The notes beneath the pieces were generated by a model, which worked only from the letters and a program-made list of their open reading frames with translations, had not been told where the DNA came from and did no database searches. DNA of 64,000 nt from Candidatus Marinacidobacterales bacterium (GTDB lineage Bacteria > Acidobacteriota > Vicinamibacteria > Marinacidobacterales > DATDRI01), in the NCBI GenBank assembly GCA_965226495.1, contig OZ245365.1, positions 3,456,001 through 3,520,000 on the forward strand, written 5' to 3'. The number at the start of each line of letters is the position of its first letter. Within the stretch, counting starts at the first letter, position 1. Of this stretch, positions 39,787-49,518 are shown in pieces. The translations under genes were made by a program, and so were the position numbers.

Positions 39787-41751
39787 GTGAGGTTAGTAGC
39801 GAGCGCTTTCCGTAACTATGGCACCCTTGTCCTATCCCTCCTACCCACTCCCCTACTAGTGTTTGTCTCATCCTCGAACGCCATTTACCTGAAGAATCAG
39901 AGCTTGCTGCAGTACCAGTATGAGGTCCTCACACCTTTCGCCAAGATTTCGGCCCTGACGCTCTTCGTCGGCATCACGTTAGCCGCTCTCTCAAGGTTCA
40001 ATCGGCTTTTCCACTATGGTCTGTGGGCCTACTATTTGGCGGCCCCCCTTTTCCTCCTCTTCGGTTTCTTCCGACCTCTTCAAACCCAGCTGCCAGGCGT
40101 AAGCGTGCTGTACCAAACGATGGGCGGACTCCTTTTCTGGCCCGCCCTTCTTCTCGTGGCAACCCTCTTTCTGGGACGAAGTTTGAAACCACCGGCTCTG
40201 ATCACGCTGAAGAGGGCCTTCGCAGTATTCGGACTCGCCCTCTTCGCCTACGAGACGGGGGCGTTGCTTTATAACGTCCTGCTTCGCACAGCCCCAGACA
40301 CCGAGGTCGCCCAGTACCGGCAACCATCGGACACCGGAAACGGATTACCCAACATTTACCATCTGATCTTCGACGCCTATCAGACCGATCTGTTCGAGCA
40401 CACTTTGTCCCCCGAAGCCAAGGAATCGTTAGGAGGGTTCTCCTACTTCCCCGCCACAACCGCCATATCCGCGTACACGCCCATGTCTCTGGCCTCGATC
40501 TTCTCCGGCCGCCGGTTTTTTTATGACCAAGCCCGCGCCGACTACATCACTTCGGCGTTCGGTTCCGAGAAATCGTTTCTCTATTGGCTCAAGTCGCAGA
40601 AGTACGAGATGGTGGGGTACGGAACGAACCCCTGGCGGCGGCGCGATCACTTCTTCGATCGCATGGTCACCCATGGAGACGCGGCGCGCGACGACCTCCT
40701 AGCACTCAATACCGAAGCCTTTCGGGACCTCTGGCTGTTCAGTCACATACCCGCCCCTTTGAAGCCCGCCGTCATGCGGACGAGCCTGTTCGCTCGGCTA
40801 GACGACCAGGACCTGAAGCTACTACAAGACGGGAGATTGTTACCGTACTCGGCACCGGTGACGTCTTACATCGGCTTCAGGAGGATGATGGCTGAGGAAG
40901 AGAGCCTCTCGTCTACCGGGCGGTACACCCTCGTGCACGTCGTGATTCCTCATCATCCTCTCAAGTTGGGAGCCGATTGCACCTACACCCTGGGTTCGAC
41001 GAGAACCGGAGTCATCGAGCAATCCAAATGCGCGCTCAAGCTGGTCTTGGAGTTCGTCGATCATCTCGAGAAGCTACGCCGCTTCGACGATTCTTTGATA
41101 CTCATCCACGGCGACCACGGCGGTCCGTATCGCACCAAAAACGGCGAATTGGTCACCGAGGCCCGATCCCGGTCTTTGAGCACCGTCTTACTCATCAAAC
41201 CGATGGGACAAGCGAAGACCGGTGGCCTCCAAGTCTTGGACTCAGAGATGAGCCTCATGGACGTTCCGTCCATTGTGATTGGCTCGGTCGCCGAAGCGCG
41301 GTTAGGCGAGCCGCGAACAGCCCCTTGGGATTTGAGCCAACGATTCGTCCCCTTCGTCCAAGGTGAGCTCTTCGAATCGGCGCAACTCATTTTGAAACGG
41401 CAAGGATTCTCGCTCGGCGAGGTGAAGGAGAGCCCTAGCCAGAGCTACGCCGCGGGTACCGTCATCTCGCAGGAACCTCCCGCGTATCACGGAGGCTCCG
41501 ACACCTCAGAGATCGAGATCGTCCTCTCCACTGGCCATCCCGGCGGCTCCGACATCATGCCCGACTTCGTGGGTCGCGACATCGCCGAAGTGAGCTATTG
41601 GCTCGAGCAAAGGCGGCTCCCCACCTCCAGCATCCACCACGTCGTCCATGTGGGAGCTCCCGAGGGAATGGTGGTGCGCCAGACCCCCCGGGCCGGAGCC
41701 GGTACAAATGGCAGTGGGGAGATTGCTTTCTACGTGAGCAAGGGGAAGTAA
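39787..41751 (+). CDS. Membrane sulfatase-like protein, paralog 3, with two C-terminal PASTA domains
   Basis: PNIYHLIFDAY, YTPMSL, HVVIPH, GDHG; then VPFVQG..GTVISQEP..IVLSTG and MPDFVG..GMVVRQTP..YVSKG. Confidence 0.78.
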   Translation: MRLVASAFRNYGTLVLSLLPTPLLVFVSSSNAIYLKNQSLLQYQYEVLTPFAKISALTLFVGITLAALSRFNRLFHYGLWAYYLAAPLFLLFGFFRPLQTQLPGVSVLYQTMGGLLFWPALLLVATLFLGRSLKPPALITLKRAFAVFGLALFAYETGALLYNVLLRTAPDTEVAQYRQPSDTGNGLPNIYHLIFDAYQTDLFEHTLSPEAKESLGGFSYFPATTAISAYTPMSLASIFSGRRFFYDQARADYITSAFGSEKSFLYWLKSQKYEMVGYGTNPWRRRDHFFDRMVTHGDAARDDLLALNTEAFRDLWLFSHIPAPLKPAVMRTSLFARLDDQDLKLLQDGRLLPYSAPVTSYIGFRRMMAEEESLSSTGRYTLVHVVIPHHPLKLGADCTYTLGSTRTGVIEQSKCALKLVLEFVDHLEKLRRFDDSLILIHGDHGGPYRTKNGELVTEARSRSLSTVLLIKPMGQAKTGGLQVLDSEMSLMDVPSIVIGSVAEARLGEPRTAPWDLSQRFVPFVQGELFESAQLILKRQGFSLGEVKESPSQSYAAGTVISQEPPAYHGGSDTSEIEIVLSTGHPGGSDIMPDFVGRDIAEVSYWLEQRRLPTSSIHHVVHVGAPEGMVVRQTPRAGAGTNGSGEIAFYVSKGK

Positions 41752-42038
41752 TCGGGGGCTTCGATAAGCAGTCCGAACGGCAAGTCAAACCAAACTCTTC
41801 GCGTTCTTGCTAGAGCAAGCCGAGGCAAGAGGGGGTCGAGCGGTGCTGGAGGCGCGAATGCGGAACGACAAGAGTGCTCGAAGGGAAACGCCGTGAGCAC
41901 CGCGGCGTCCCTGGGAACCGCAATCTCCGAGGCGGCGGCTACGGCACGCGGGCCCGTCGAGACCTCGATATGGCCTGTCGCACCGGTCGGCTCGTCGCTC
42001 ATGCTGGCCGCAAACCGATCGGAGTCTTGAACCACGAG

Positions 42039-44426
42039 ATGTGGCGAGGCTCGGCTCGGCGCCTCGTCACGCTAGCCCAGGGCGGTCCATGGCTGGCGTA
42101 TCTCGCTCATCTTTTCGTCGCATGCTGGGCCTTTGGCGGCCTGCTGTTCGGCGGTCGCGTGCTCTTCTTTCGCGACCTCTCTCTCTACTACTACCCGAAC
42201 TACACATTCCTGGACCGATCGCTGGCGCAAGGGATCTGGCCCGTTTGGAACCTGATGGTCGATGGTGGAATACCGTTCCTCATCACCGATCCGGTCGACC
42301 TTGCACTCGTCGGCATCTTCGGAGCCGACGCAGCTATGACGCTGGGGCCACCGATCCTTCTTTGGGTCGCAATGTGCGGAGCGACGTCACTCGCGCGTCA
42401 ACTCGGCGTCGACGGCTGGGGGAGCTGGACAGCAGGCGTGTTCTATGGCCTCTCCGGTGCGCTGCTCTCAACGGTTAATCTGGTCGAACTGTTTCACGGG
42501 GCGAGTTGGGCACCATGGGTGGTTGTAGCATTCCTGCGCTTCTGGAGTGCACCGAGCCCGGGCCGCATTGCCGCCCTCGCGTTGGTGGGGGCGGTTCAGA
42601 TTGCTACCCTCTCCGCAGAGGTCCTACTCCAGGCCGCGGCGGTGGGTCTGGCGCTCGCTCCTGGCTGGCCGCGGCCGCGGCACGTCTTTGGCCTGATCGG
42701 AGCGGTGCTTGCTGCTACACTGCTGGCCGCTCCAGCGCTACTCGGAGCGCGAGCACTCTTGGCCGGGACCGCGCGCGAAGCGGGCTTCCCGCATGAAGTC
42801 TCCTTCGCTTGGTCAGCGAAGCCGCTCATCTTCTTGGAGGTGGTGTTTCCACACTTCTTCGGCGACGTACACACGATGACCAACGTGGGTTTCTGGGGAC
42901 AGGAACAGTTTCCGAACGGCATCCCTTACCTGCTCAGTCTCTACCTTGGGCCGGCGGTTCTCATGCTCGTCGCTATGGCGGGTCGACGTGGCACGCGGCT
43001 TTACGTGGTGGTTGTTCTGGGCATCCTTCTGGCCCTAGGTGACTCCGGGCCGTTGGAACCGATCATGGTGCCCTGGATGAAATCGCTTCGAGTCCCGCTC
43101 AAGTTCTTCCTCGCGTCGAACCTGGCGCTCTGCTTGCTCGCCGGGCTCGGGCTCGATCGCGTCGCCCGCCGCGGGGGCGGTGCAAGATGGTGGCTGGCCG
43201 GACCTGGTGTGCTCATGCTACTCACCGGAGCGGTCATCAAGATCTGGCCCACGCTGCCGCTGCCGCTCATCGACGCGGTCGCGCCAGGCGCCGGCTCGCG
43301 CGCTGCACTTGTGATCGCAAACGCTTGGCCGCACGACTTTCTGGTCACCGGAGTACTGGCCCTCGGCGCGGGCCTGGCGCTCAGCGCCGGGCGGCGTTTG
43401 GTGCCCTTGGCCGCGGTGCTCGCGGTACTCGACCTCGCGATCGTCAACGAATCGATCAATACATCAGCGCCTGCCGACTTCTACAAGCTGCGAACAGAGA
43501 TCGCCTCGCAGATCGCTGAGACGCAGCGTGAAGGGAGTTTCCGCTGGTTCTCGTATGGCGTTGCCTACTCCCCGGGATTGTCCTTTTCTTCAGACTTGTT
43601 GCGGCGAAACTCGGACGTCTGGCTATTCTATCTCGACCGCCAGACGTTGCTGGCGCGTACCCAAGCCCTCGACGGTTTCGAGTCGGCCCTCGGACTCGAC
43701 CGGGTGGGCTGGGCGCCGCCAGGTACCACGCTCACGATCGACGAGATGACCCCGAAGCGATTCCGCGACTACTACCCGCGGCTGCGGATGGCGAACGTGC
43801 GCTGGGTCGTTTCGTTTCACGATCTGCCCGAGGAGCTGGTCTCGGAGAGGGCCAAGATCAACCTGCCGGAGGTGCGCCAGCCCTTACGGCTTTTCGAAGC
43901 TCGCGATCCGTTGCTTCGAGCGTTTTGGGTGGGGAGCTACGAGGTGTTCCCGAACCCTTCCGCACTTCAAGCCAGGCGGAGCGAGCCGGGGTTCGACCCT
44001 CATCGCGTCGTCCTTTTGGAGCAGCGACCACCACCCGTAGCAGCCGGAGAATTGGGCACCGCGAGCTACCAGCCCTTGGATCCCCACACCATCCGTGTGC
44101 ACTCGGACGGTGCCCCGGGATTCATCGTGGTCCTCGACAATTTCCACCCAGCGTGGGTGGCAGAGCGAAATGGGAAGCCGAGCCCGCTCCTCCGCGCGAA
44201 CGGTCAGTACATCGCCATACCCACCCCTGGCGGCTCGCAGGAAATCACGCTGCGCTTTCGCCCCGACTGGCGGCGGCGCGCGCTGGTGGCCACCTCCCTC
44301 GGCGTGGTCCTGACCCTTGCCCTGGCGCTCGCCGGCGCCAGAGAAAAATGGAGATCACCTCGCGGGCACAAGCGAGAGTCTCAGGGATGGAGCCTGCCGA
44401 CGCCGCCCCCTACTCGAGGCGAGTAA
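42039..44426 (+). CDS. YfhO-family polytopic membrane protein (GT-C glycosyltransferase-like)
   Basis: FFRDLSLYYYP, GIWPVWN..GIPF, many TMs, VVLDNFHPAW..LLRAN..ITLRFRP; start trimmed to ATG 42039. Confidence 0.82.
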   Translation: MWRGSARRLVTLAQGGPWLAYLAHLFVACWAFGGLLFGGRVLFFRDLSLYYYPNYTFLDRSLAQGIWPVWNLMVDGGIPFLITDPVDLALVGIFGADAAMTLGPPILLWVAMCGATSLARQLGVDGWGSWTAGVFYGLSGALLSTVNLVELFHGASWAPWVVVAFLRFWSAPSPGRIAALALVGAVQIATLSAEVLLQAAAVGLALAPGWPRPRHVFGLIGAVLAATLLAAPALLGARALLAGTAREAGFPHEVSFAWSAKPLIFLEVVFPHFFGDVHTMTNVGFWGQEQFPNGIPYLLSLYLGPAVLMLVAMAGRRGTRLYVVVVLGILLALGDSGPLEPIMVPWMKSLRVPLKFFLASNLALCLLAGLGLDRVARRGGGARWWLAGPGVLMLLTGAVIKIWPTLPLPLIDAVAPGAGSRAALVIANAWPHDFLVTGVLALGAGLALSAGRRLVPLAAVLAVLDLAIVNESINTSAPADFYKLRTEIASQIAETQREGSFRWFSYGVAYSPGLSFSSDLLRRNSDVWLFYLDRQTLLARTQALDGFESALGLDRVGWAPPGTTLTIDEMTPKRFRDYYPRLRMANVRWVVSFHDLPEELVSERAKINLPEVRQPLRLFEARDPLLRAFWVGSYEVFPNPSALQARRSEPGFDPHRVVLLEQRPPPVAAGELGTASYQPLDPHTIRVHSDGAPGFIVVLDNFHPAWVAERNGKPSPLLRANGQYIAIPTPGGSQEITLRFRPDWRRRALVATSLGVVLTLALALAGAREKWRSPRGHKRESQGWSLPTPPPTRGE

Positions 44427-44464
44427 CCTCACTAAAGATCCAGCCGGACAAAACCACACTGGCG

Positions 44465-46360
44465 TTAGATCCACTCTCCTTCCGTCGTCGTTCCGCTTTC
44501 CGGCCGGGCCGGCAAACTCAAGACGAAGGTCGTGCCGTCTCCGGGCTTGGACTTCACTTCCACCTCGCCATTGTGGGATACCACGATCTTCTGCACGATC
44601 GAAAGCCCTAGGCCGGTGCCCTCGGACTTGGTGGTGAAGAAAGGCGAGAAAATGCGCGGGAGGTCTTTCCCTAGGATACCCGGGCCGTTGTCCGACACGC
44701 GAACGAAGGCCAAGCCGTTGTGCCCCCCGGTCTCCAGGTGGACCTCTCCCGCTTCGCCGCTATCCTTTGCGGCCGCTGCCTCGATGGCGTTTAACATGAG
44801 GTTGGACACCGCTTTTCTCAGAAGCATCTCATCGGCTTCCACCAGGAACGATTGAGCCTCCAACGTTAGTTGTACCTTCGCGGCGCGGACCTGAGGCTCG
44901 AGGTCGCGGGACAGATCTCGGGCCATTTCCGCCATGTCGAAGGGAACCGCGCGCACAGTTTCCGGCCGTGCGAACTGCAGAAACTCCGTGACCACTCGAC
45001 TGAGCGACGAGCATTCTTCAACCAACGCGTCGACGACCGTATCGTGTTCTTCGGAAGACACCGATTGCCTGAGGAGCTTGGCGTTTCCGAGGATGGTGGC
45101 CAGACTGTTGCGAAACTCGTGGGCGATTCCGGCCGCCATCTCGCCGAGACTGGCCAAGTTGTCCTTGATGAAGAGTCGCTCGCGAAGCTCCATGACCTCG
45201 GTTAGATCGGCAAAAAGACACAGCGCCCCTCGCACCTTTCCTTCCGTCGATGGGAGGGGCAGGACGCTTGTCCCCAAGTGGATCGATTCGCCAGACTGGC
45301 ATTGGTAGTCGACTCGACGCCGAAGCGACTGCGATCCCTCGCCGAGCGCTCGAGCCATCCATCCGACAAGCACTTGAGAACCGGGCAGCGCTTCCCGAAA
45401 GCTCTTGCCCTGAAACGATTGCGCGTCCGCGCCGAAGATTCTCTCCGCCGCTGGGTTCACCAGGACGACCCGACCTGCCTCGTCGAGACTAACAAGGCCG
45501 GTGGTCATACTCTGGATAATGTCGGTGGCCAGGGCCTCGGTCTCGTCCGCTCGCGCCTTCTCCATTCGATGCATCTCGGCGAGCTGTTTCTCCTTTTCTT
45601 TCAGCTTCGCTACGACATCCCGAAACGTGGAGAGAAGGAATTGGCCTTCGTCCTCGGCAGCTGAAGTCACCGCCGAATCTCCGGCCACCGAGCGGGCCTC
45701 CGCGACAAGCCGGCGATGGGGGGCGAGGAGACTGTTAAGAAACAGAACGAGGGTCAGTAGCACCAGGCTGAGTGCCGAGACCTGGTAGACGAGCGTGGAG
45801 CGGAAGCTGCGATTCACCTCCGCCAGCGACGACGCCGGGAACTGGACACGAAGCACGCCTCGTGCGGTCCCGTCCGGATACCTCAGGGCGAGGTAACCGA
45901 ATGCGGTAGCACTTTCCGGCTGGTAGGCGGGAGAGACCTCGGTCATGGTCCACCCGCGATCGACCAGCCGATACTTCCCCACTCGATCCAATCGATCGAA
46001 ATCGAGTACATCTGAGAGCCGACAATCCGACGAGCCGGCGAGGATCCTCCCGTTCCAATCCAGCAGGCAAGCCGAAGCAGCGCTGTGTTCTTCCGCCAAC
46101 GCTTGGAGAAACTCGGAGAGGCGGGCGGATCGCTGGAATCGGTCCGCAGCGGCGGGGCTCCCTGCTGGCGCCAGCACGGTTGCTAGACGGGAGGCCATGA
46201 GCTCCGCCTTCGATCGAGCGGCCGCGTCGAAGGCGGTGGTGAGAGTCTTGCGCGATGTATGCGAGAAGTGAAGACTCTGGCTGTTGACGATCACCAGGAC
46301 GATGATCAGGAACGCCAGAAACAGCCGGACCCGATTCTCGTGAGAAATAAAGTCGGCCAT
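44465..46360 (-). CDS. PAS-domain sensor histidine kinase
   Basis: Two TMs, PAS (VNPAAERIFG), H-box IAHEFRNSL, NLMLNA, DNGPG, GTGLGL. Confidence 0.93.
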   Translation of the reverse strand: MADFISHENRVRLFLAFLIIVLVIVNSQSLHFSHTSRKTLTTAFDAAARSKAELMASRLATVLAPAGSPAAADRFQRSARLSEFLQALAEEHSAASACLLDWNGRILAGSSDCRLSDVLDFDRLDRVGKYRLVDRGWTMTEVSPAYQPESATAFGYLALRYPDGTARGVLRVQFPASSLAEVNRSFRSTLVYQVSALSLVLLTLVLFLNSLLAPHRRLVAEARSVAGDSAVTSAAEDEGQFLLSTFRDVVAKLKEKEKQLAEMHRMEKARADETEALATDIIQSMTTGLVSLDEAGRVVLVNPAAERIFGADAQSFQGKSFREALPGSQVLVGWMARALGEGSQSLRRRVDYQCQSGESIHLGTSVLPLPSTEGKVRGALCLFADLTEVMELRERLFIKDNLASLGEMAAGIAHEFRNSLATILGNAKLLRQSVSSEEHDTVVDALVEECSSLSRVVTEFLQFARPETVRAVPFDMAEMARDLSRDLEPQVRAAKVQLTLEAQSFLVEADEMLLRKAVSNLMLNAIEAAAAKDSGEAGEVHLETGGHNGLAFVRVSDNGPGILGKDLPRIFSPFFTTKSEGTGLGLSIVQKIVVSHNGEVEVKSKPGDGTTFVLSLPARPESGTTTEGEWI

Positions 46361-46373
46361 GACTAAGTCTGCG

Positions 46374-47180
46374 CTAAAAGAGATTGAAGTACCAATCGAT
46401 CAGCGAGGGCCCGGCGAACAGCGTCCCCACCGCGGCCATCCCGAGAAACGTCCCGAAAGGAAGTGCCGTCTTGAGGTCCTTTCCTCGTGTGGCCATGAGC
46501 GCTATGCCGACTACAGACCCTAGGAGCGAACCGAAGAAGATCGTGAGCAGAACACCTTTCCAACCTACGAAGGCGCCCACCATGGCCATCATCTTCACGT
46601 CTCCCATTCCTAGCCCTTCGACCTTTCTTACTCTGAAGTAGACCTCGGCCACCCCATAGAGGAGGCCGGCTCCCAGCGCCGCGCCCGCCAAGGCCTGGGT
46701 TACGGCGATCGGCTCACGAATGGGTGCCAAGAGGAGGCCGATGAGAGTTCCCGGTATGGTGATCACGTTGGGAAGTATTCGATGGTCATAATCGATGAAT
46801 ACCAGGGCGAGCATCGCCGCAACGAACGCGAACTCGACTCCATACTCGACTCCGAAGCCGTGGCGCAGATACGCGGTCAAGGACGCGGCTCCCACCATCA
46901 GCTCAACCAAAGGGTAGCGGATCGAGATCGGAGCCTTGCAATGTCGACACCGACCCCAGAGCAGCAGGTAGCTCAGGACCGGAATGTTGTCATAAGGCGC
47001 GATCGGTTTCTTGCACTTGGGGCACGCCGAGGGCGGAAAAACAACCGACTCCTCCTGAGGCAAACGATGTATGAGCACGTTGACGAAGCTGCCCCAAACG
47101 AGCCCGAAGAGGGCGGCCAAGAAGGGTCCTAGCCAAGGGAGGTCCTTGAAGGCCGATGTGATGCCGCTGAGAAGGCTCAC
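46374..47180 (-). CDS. pilD: Prepilin peptidase
   Basis: GSFVNVLIHRLP, CPKC..CRHC, IDYDH, MGDVK, PFGTFL. Confidence 0.95.
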   Translation of the reverse strand: MSLLSGITSAFKDLPWLGPFLAALFGLVWGSFVNVLIHRLPQEESVVFPPSACPKCKKPIAPYDNIPVLSYLLLWGRCRHCKAPISIRYPLVELMVGAASLTAYLRHGFGVEYGVEFAFVAAMLALVFIDYDHRILPNVITIPGTLIGLLLAPIREPIAVTQALAGAALGAGLLYGVAEVYFRVRKVEGLGMGDVKMMAMVGAFVGWKGVLLTIFFGSLLGSVVGIALMATRGKDLKTALPFGTFLGMAAVGTLFAGPSLIDWYFNLF

Positions 47181-47228
47181 CCTTAGCCCGATCGTCTTCC
47201 TAATGGCGCCACTGGCTGAGGTGTCCGG

Positions 47229-48146
47229 TTACCGATCCGGCAATGCAGAGAGGAAGGAGTCTTCGGACACTTCCGCCTTCTCGTCGCGGGGGTTCAAAAC
47301 GTACGGCACGCCGATGGGATCCGCAGGCACCCGCCGCAAGTAGCCGGCCTCGACCATCTCCTGCCAGCTTTCCGGAAAGTGTCCTAACTGCTCTTCGTAT
47401 TTTCCGGCGAGCTTCGTTAAGACCTCGACCTGATCCAATGCGTCGAGCTGCTGCAGATGGATCTGGGCGTTGTGCCGCATTTGCTCGTTCTCCGCGGTCT
47501 CGTAGAGTATTTTCCACAACTCGCGCGCCGTGCGGCGTTCTCCGCCACGCGCCAACGTGCGTCCGGCAGTGGCCACCATCCAATAGGGCGCACCTGGAAG
47601 CTTGCTGCCCTTGAGAAAGATCTCGGCCGCAGTCTTGTAGTCTTTGAGAACCCAGAAATAGACGAAGCCCTTGTCCAAGTAAAAGCGCCAGTGGTCGGGG
47701 TTGTTCTCGATTCCCTTGTCGATCAGACTCAGGCCCTTGAACGGCACACCGGCTCCCGTCGGCCAGGGCTCCGACAACAGAGTCGCGCCGTAGGTGTAGG
47801 CGACCTTCAGATGCGGGTCGAGGGTGGTAGTAATGTCGAGCAGCGGCTCGAGCAAGTCGAACCTCTTCTCCGTAGAATAAAGACGCTGCCCACCAAAGTA
47901 CTGAACGGCCCGGAGCCAGTATAGGTCGGCGGCTAGGCTCTCGAAGCCGAGAAGCACCTTCTTTAGAGTTTCTCCGTCCTCGACATAGAGGATTTCCTCG
48001 GTGGCGCGGTACTCTCCAAATCGATCGTCGATGGCGACTTGGAGAAACCAAACGGCGACAAGGAGCTGGGAGAGAACCACGAGAAGGATGAAGCCTTGGG
48101 AAAGCCCGGGTCGGCTCGACGGCGCCTTTTCGGTCAACTCGGTCAC
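47229..48146 (-). CDS. Pilin-locus TPR-like membrane protein (Myxococcus PilG / Geobacter XapA-like)
   Basis: AADLYWLRAVQYFG, TTLDP, KGIENNPDHWR, DPIGVPY; position beside ABC genes and pilD. Confidence 0.6.
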   Translation of the reverse strand: MTELTEKAPSSRPGLSQGFILLVVLSQLLVAVWFLQVAIDDRFGEYRATEEILYVEDGETLKKVLLGFESLAADLYWLRAVQYFGGQRLYSTEKRFDLLEPLLDITTTLDPHLKVAYTYGATLLSEPWPTGAGVPFKGLSLIDKGIENNPDHWRFYLDKGFVYFWVLKDYKTAAEIFLKGSKLPGAPYWMVATAGRTLARGGERRTARELWKILYETAENEQMRHNAQIHLQQLDALDQVEVLTKLAGKYEEQLGHFPESWQEMVEAGYLRRVPADPIGVPYVLNPRDEKAEVSEDSFLSALPDR

Positions 48147-48727
48147 GAGCTCGTCTCGTTCGCCGCCTTCGTCAAGGCCACGACCTCCTCCACCTGCCGG
48201 TCGGTGAGCCCACCCACAACGTTCTCTTCCACCGTACCGCCGGGAGCGACCACGATGGTCTGTGGCACCTTATTGACTTTGTAGGCGTTCATGATTTCTT
48301 TACTTGGAAAGCGAATCGCGGGAAAGGTAAGTGCCTTCTTCTCGAGGAGCTCTTGCTCCCTTTGGTAACTTCCGAGGACGATACCAAGCACTAGCGCTCG
48401 GCCCTCCAATTCCAAGGCCATCCGGTTCCACTTGGGAACGGTCCTGGCACAAGTGCCGCAGGTGAGCGACATCAAGAACAAGTACGTCTTCGGTCCGTCG
48501 GGCGGAAAGTCGATCCGCTCCGACCCCCCGTCCAACCTCTCCGCCTCGAACGCAACCGCCTGTTCCCCCGGCTTCAAGTGCGAGAAGCCCTCAAGGGGGT
48601 GGCTCGCCCGTGTCTCGGCCGAGCTCGACGGCTCACTGGGGTGCTTTCCACTCTGCCAGACGTAGAGCTCGATCCCTCCTAGCGCAAGCAGAAGAAGCGC
48701 TACTGCCAGCCACCGCTTTCCCGTCAC
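48143..48727 (-). CDS. TlpA-like thioredoxin-fold protein
   Basis: TM anchor, CGTC, YKVNKVPQTIVV. Confidence 0.82.
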   Translation of the reverse strand: MTGKRWLAVALLLLALGGIELYVWQSGKHPSEPSSSAETRASHPLEGFSHLKPGEQAVAFEAERLDGGSERIDFPPDGPKTYLFLMSLTCGTCARTVPKWNRMALELEGRALVLGIVLGSYQREQELLEKKALTFPAIRFPSKEIMNAYKVNKVPQTIVVAPGGTVEENVVGGLTDRQVEEVVALTKAANETSS

Positions 48728-48740
48728 GTAGAACCAACTC

Positions 48741-49508
48741 CTACTTGAGATTCCGGCGGCTGAACACGACCGTCGCGATGATGAGCAAAATCGCGATGTA
48801 AGTCACGCCATAGGCGGTGGAGTAACCGAGCATCGCGAACGGCACCGGATCGCCGGAGACGACCCGAGACTTCACGTCGAAGTTTCGAAGGTTAGGCACC
48901 ACGTAGTAAACGATCTGAGTCAGCTGCGGCAAGAACCCCGACTCGACAACGCTATCGAGGTGCTTGAGCTCCGCCGAGAAATGCCCCACCACGTATAAGA
49001 ATCCGGTGAAGACCGCACTCAGAATAGACGAAGTGAACGTACTGAACAGAAGGGCCAGAGCCGTGAGAAGCGCCATCTCGAAGTATAGAAGGTAGATGGC
49101 TTTCAACAGCGCCGGTTCGAAGCTGCGGGTCATGGCAAACAAGAGCGCATAGAGCCCGACCGTCATGATTGTTACATTCACCGCGAGTGTTAGACAGAGC
49201 CCGCCATATTTCCCCAGGATGAAATGAACCCGCGAGATCGGTTTCGGCAATAGCGAGTAGAGAGTGCGTTTGTCCATCTCCTTCGAGACCAGGCCGATCC
49301 CGATGAAGATCGCGATCACCGATCCAAAGGCAGCAATCGACGCGAGCCCCAGATCCTTGATGATCTTGACTTCCTGGTAGACGGAGATCTGTCCCAACAC
49401 GTAGGAGCTGGCGATCATGATGAGCGCGAAGAGGACCAGGTTATAGAGCACCTTGTCGCGGACCGTTTCCCGGAAGGTATTCAGCGAGATGAAGGCGATC
49501 TTAGTCAT
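48741..49508 (-). CDS. ABC-2 permease (PilI-like)
   Basis: NTFRETVRDKVLY, KEMDKRTLY..KPISR..LGKY. Confidence 0.88.
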   Translation of the reverse strand: MTKIAFISLNTFRETVRDKVLYNLVLFALIMIASSYVLGQISVYQEVKIIKDLGLASIAAFGSVIAIFIGIGLVSKEMDKRTLYSLLPKPISRVHFILGKYGGLCLTLAVNVTIMTVGLYALLFAMTRSFEPALLKAIYLLYFEMALLTALALLFSTFTSSILSAVFTGFLYVVGHFSAELKHLDSVVESGFLPQLTQIVYYVVPNLRNFDVKSRVVSGDPVPFAMLGYSTAYGVTYIAILLIIATVVFSRRNLK

Positions 49509-49518
49509 GGCTCATGGC

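Noticed and set aside
29701-41751. True arylsulfatases matured by the nearby rSAM (anSME)
   Set aside because: No C/SxPxR motif in any of them, and the rSAM has its own adjacent peptide
41730-42035. 101-aa minus-strand ORF between the PASTA gene and yfhO
   Set aside because: No recognisable motif or convincing RBS; at most a remnant
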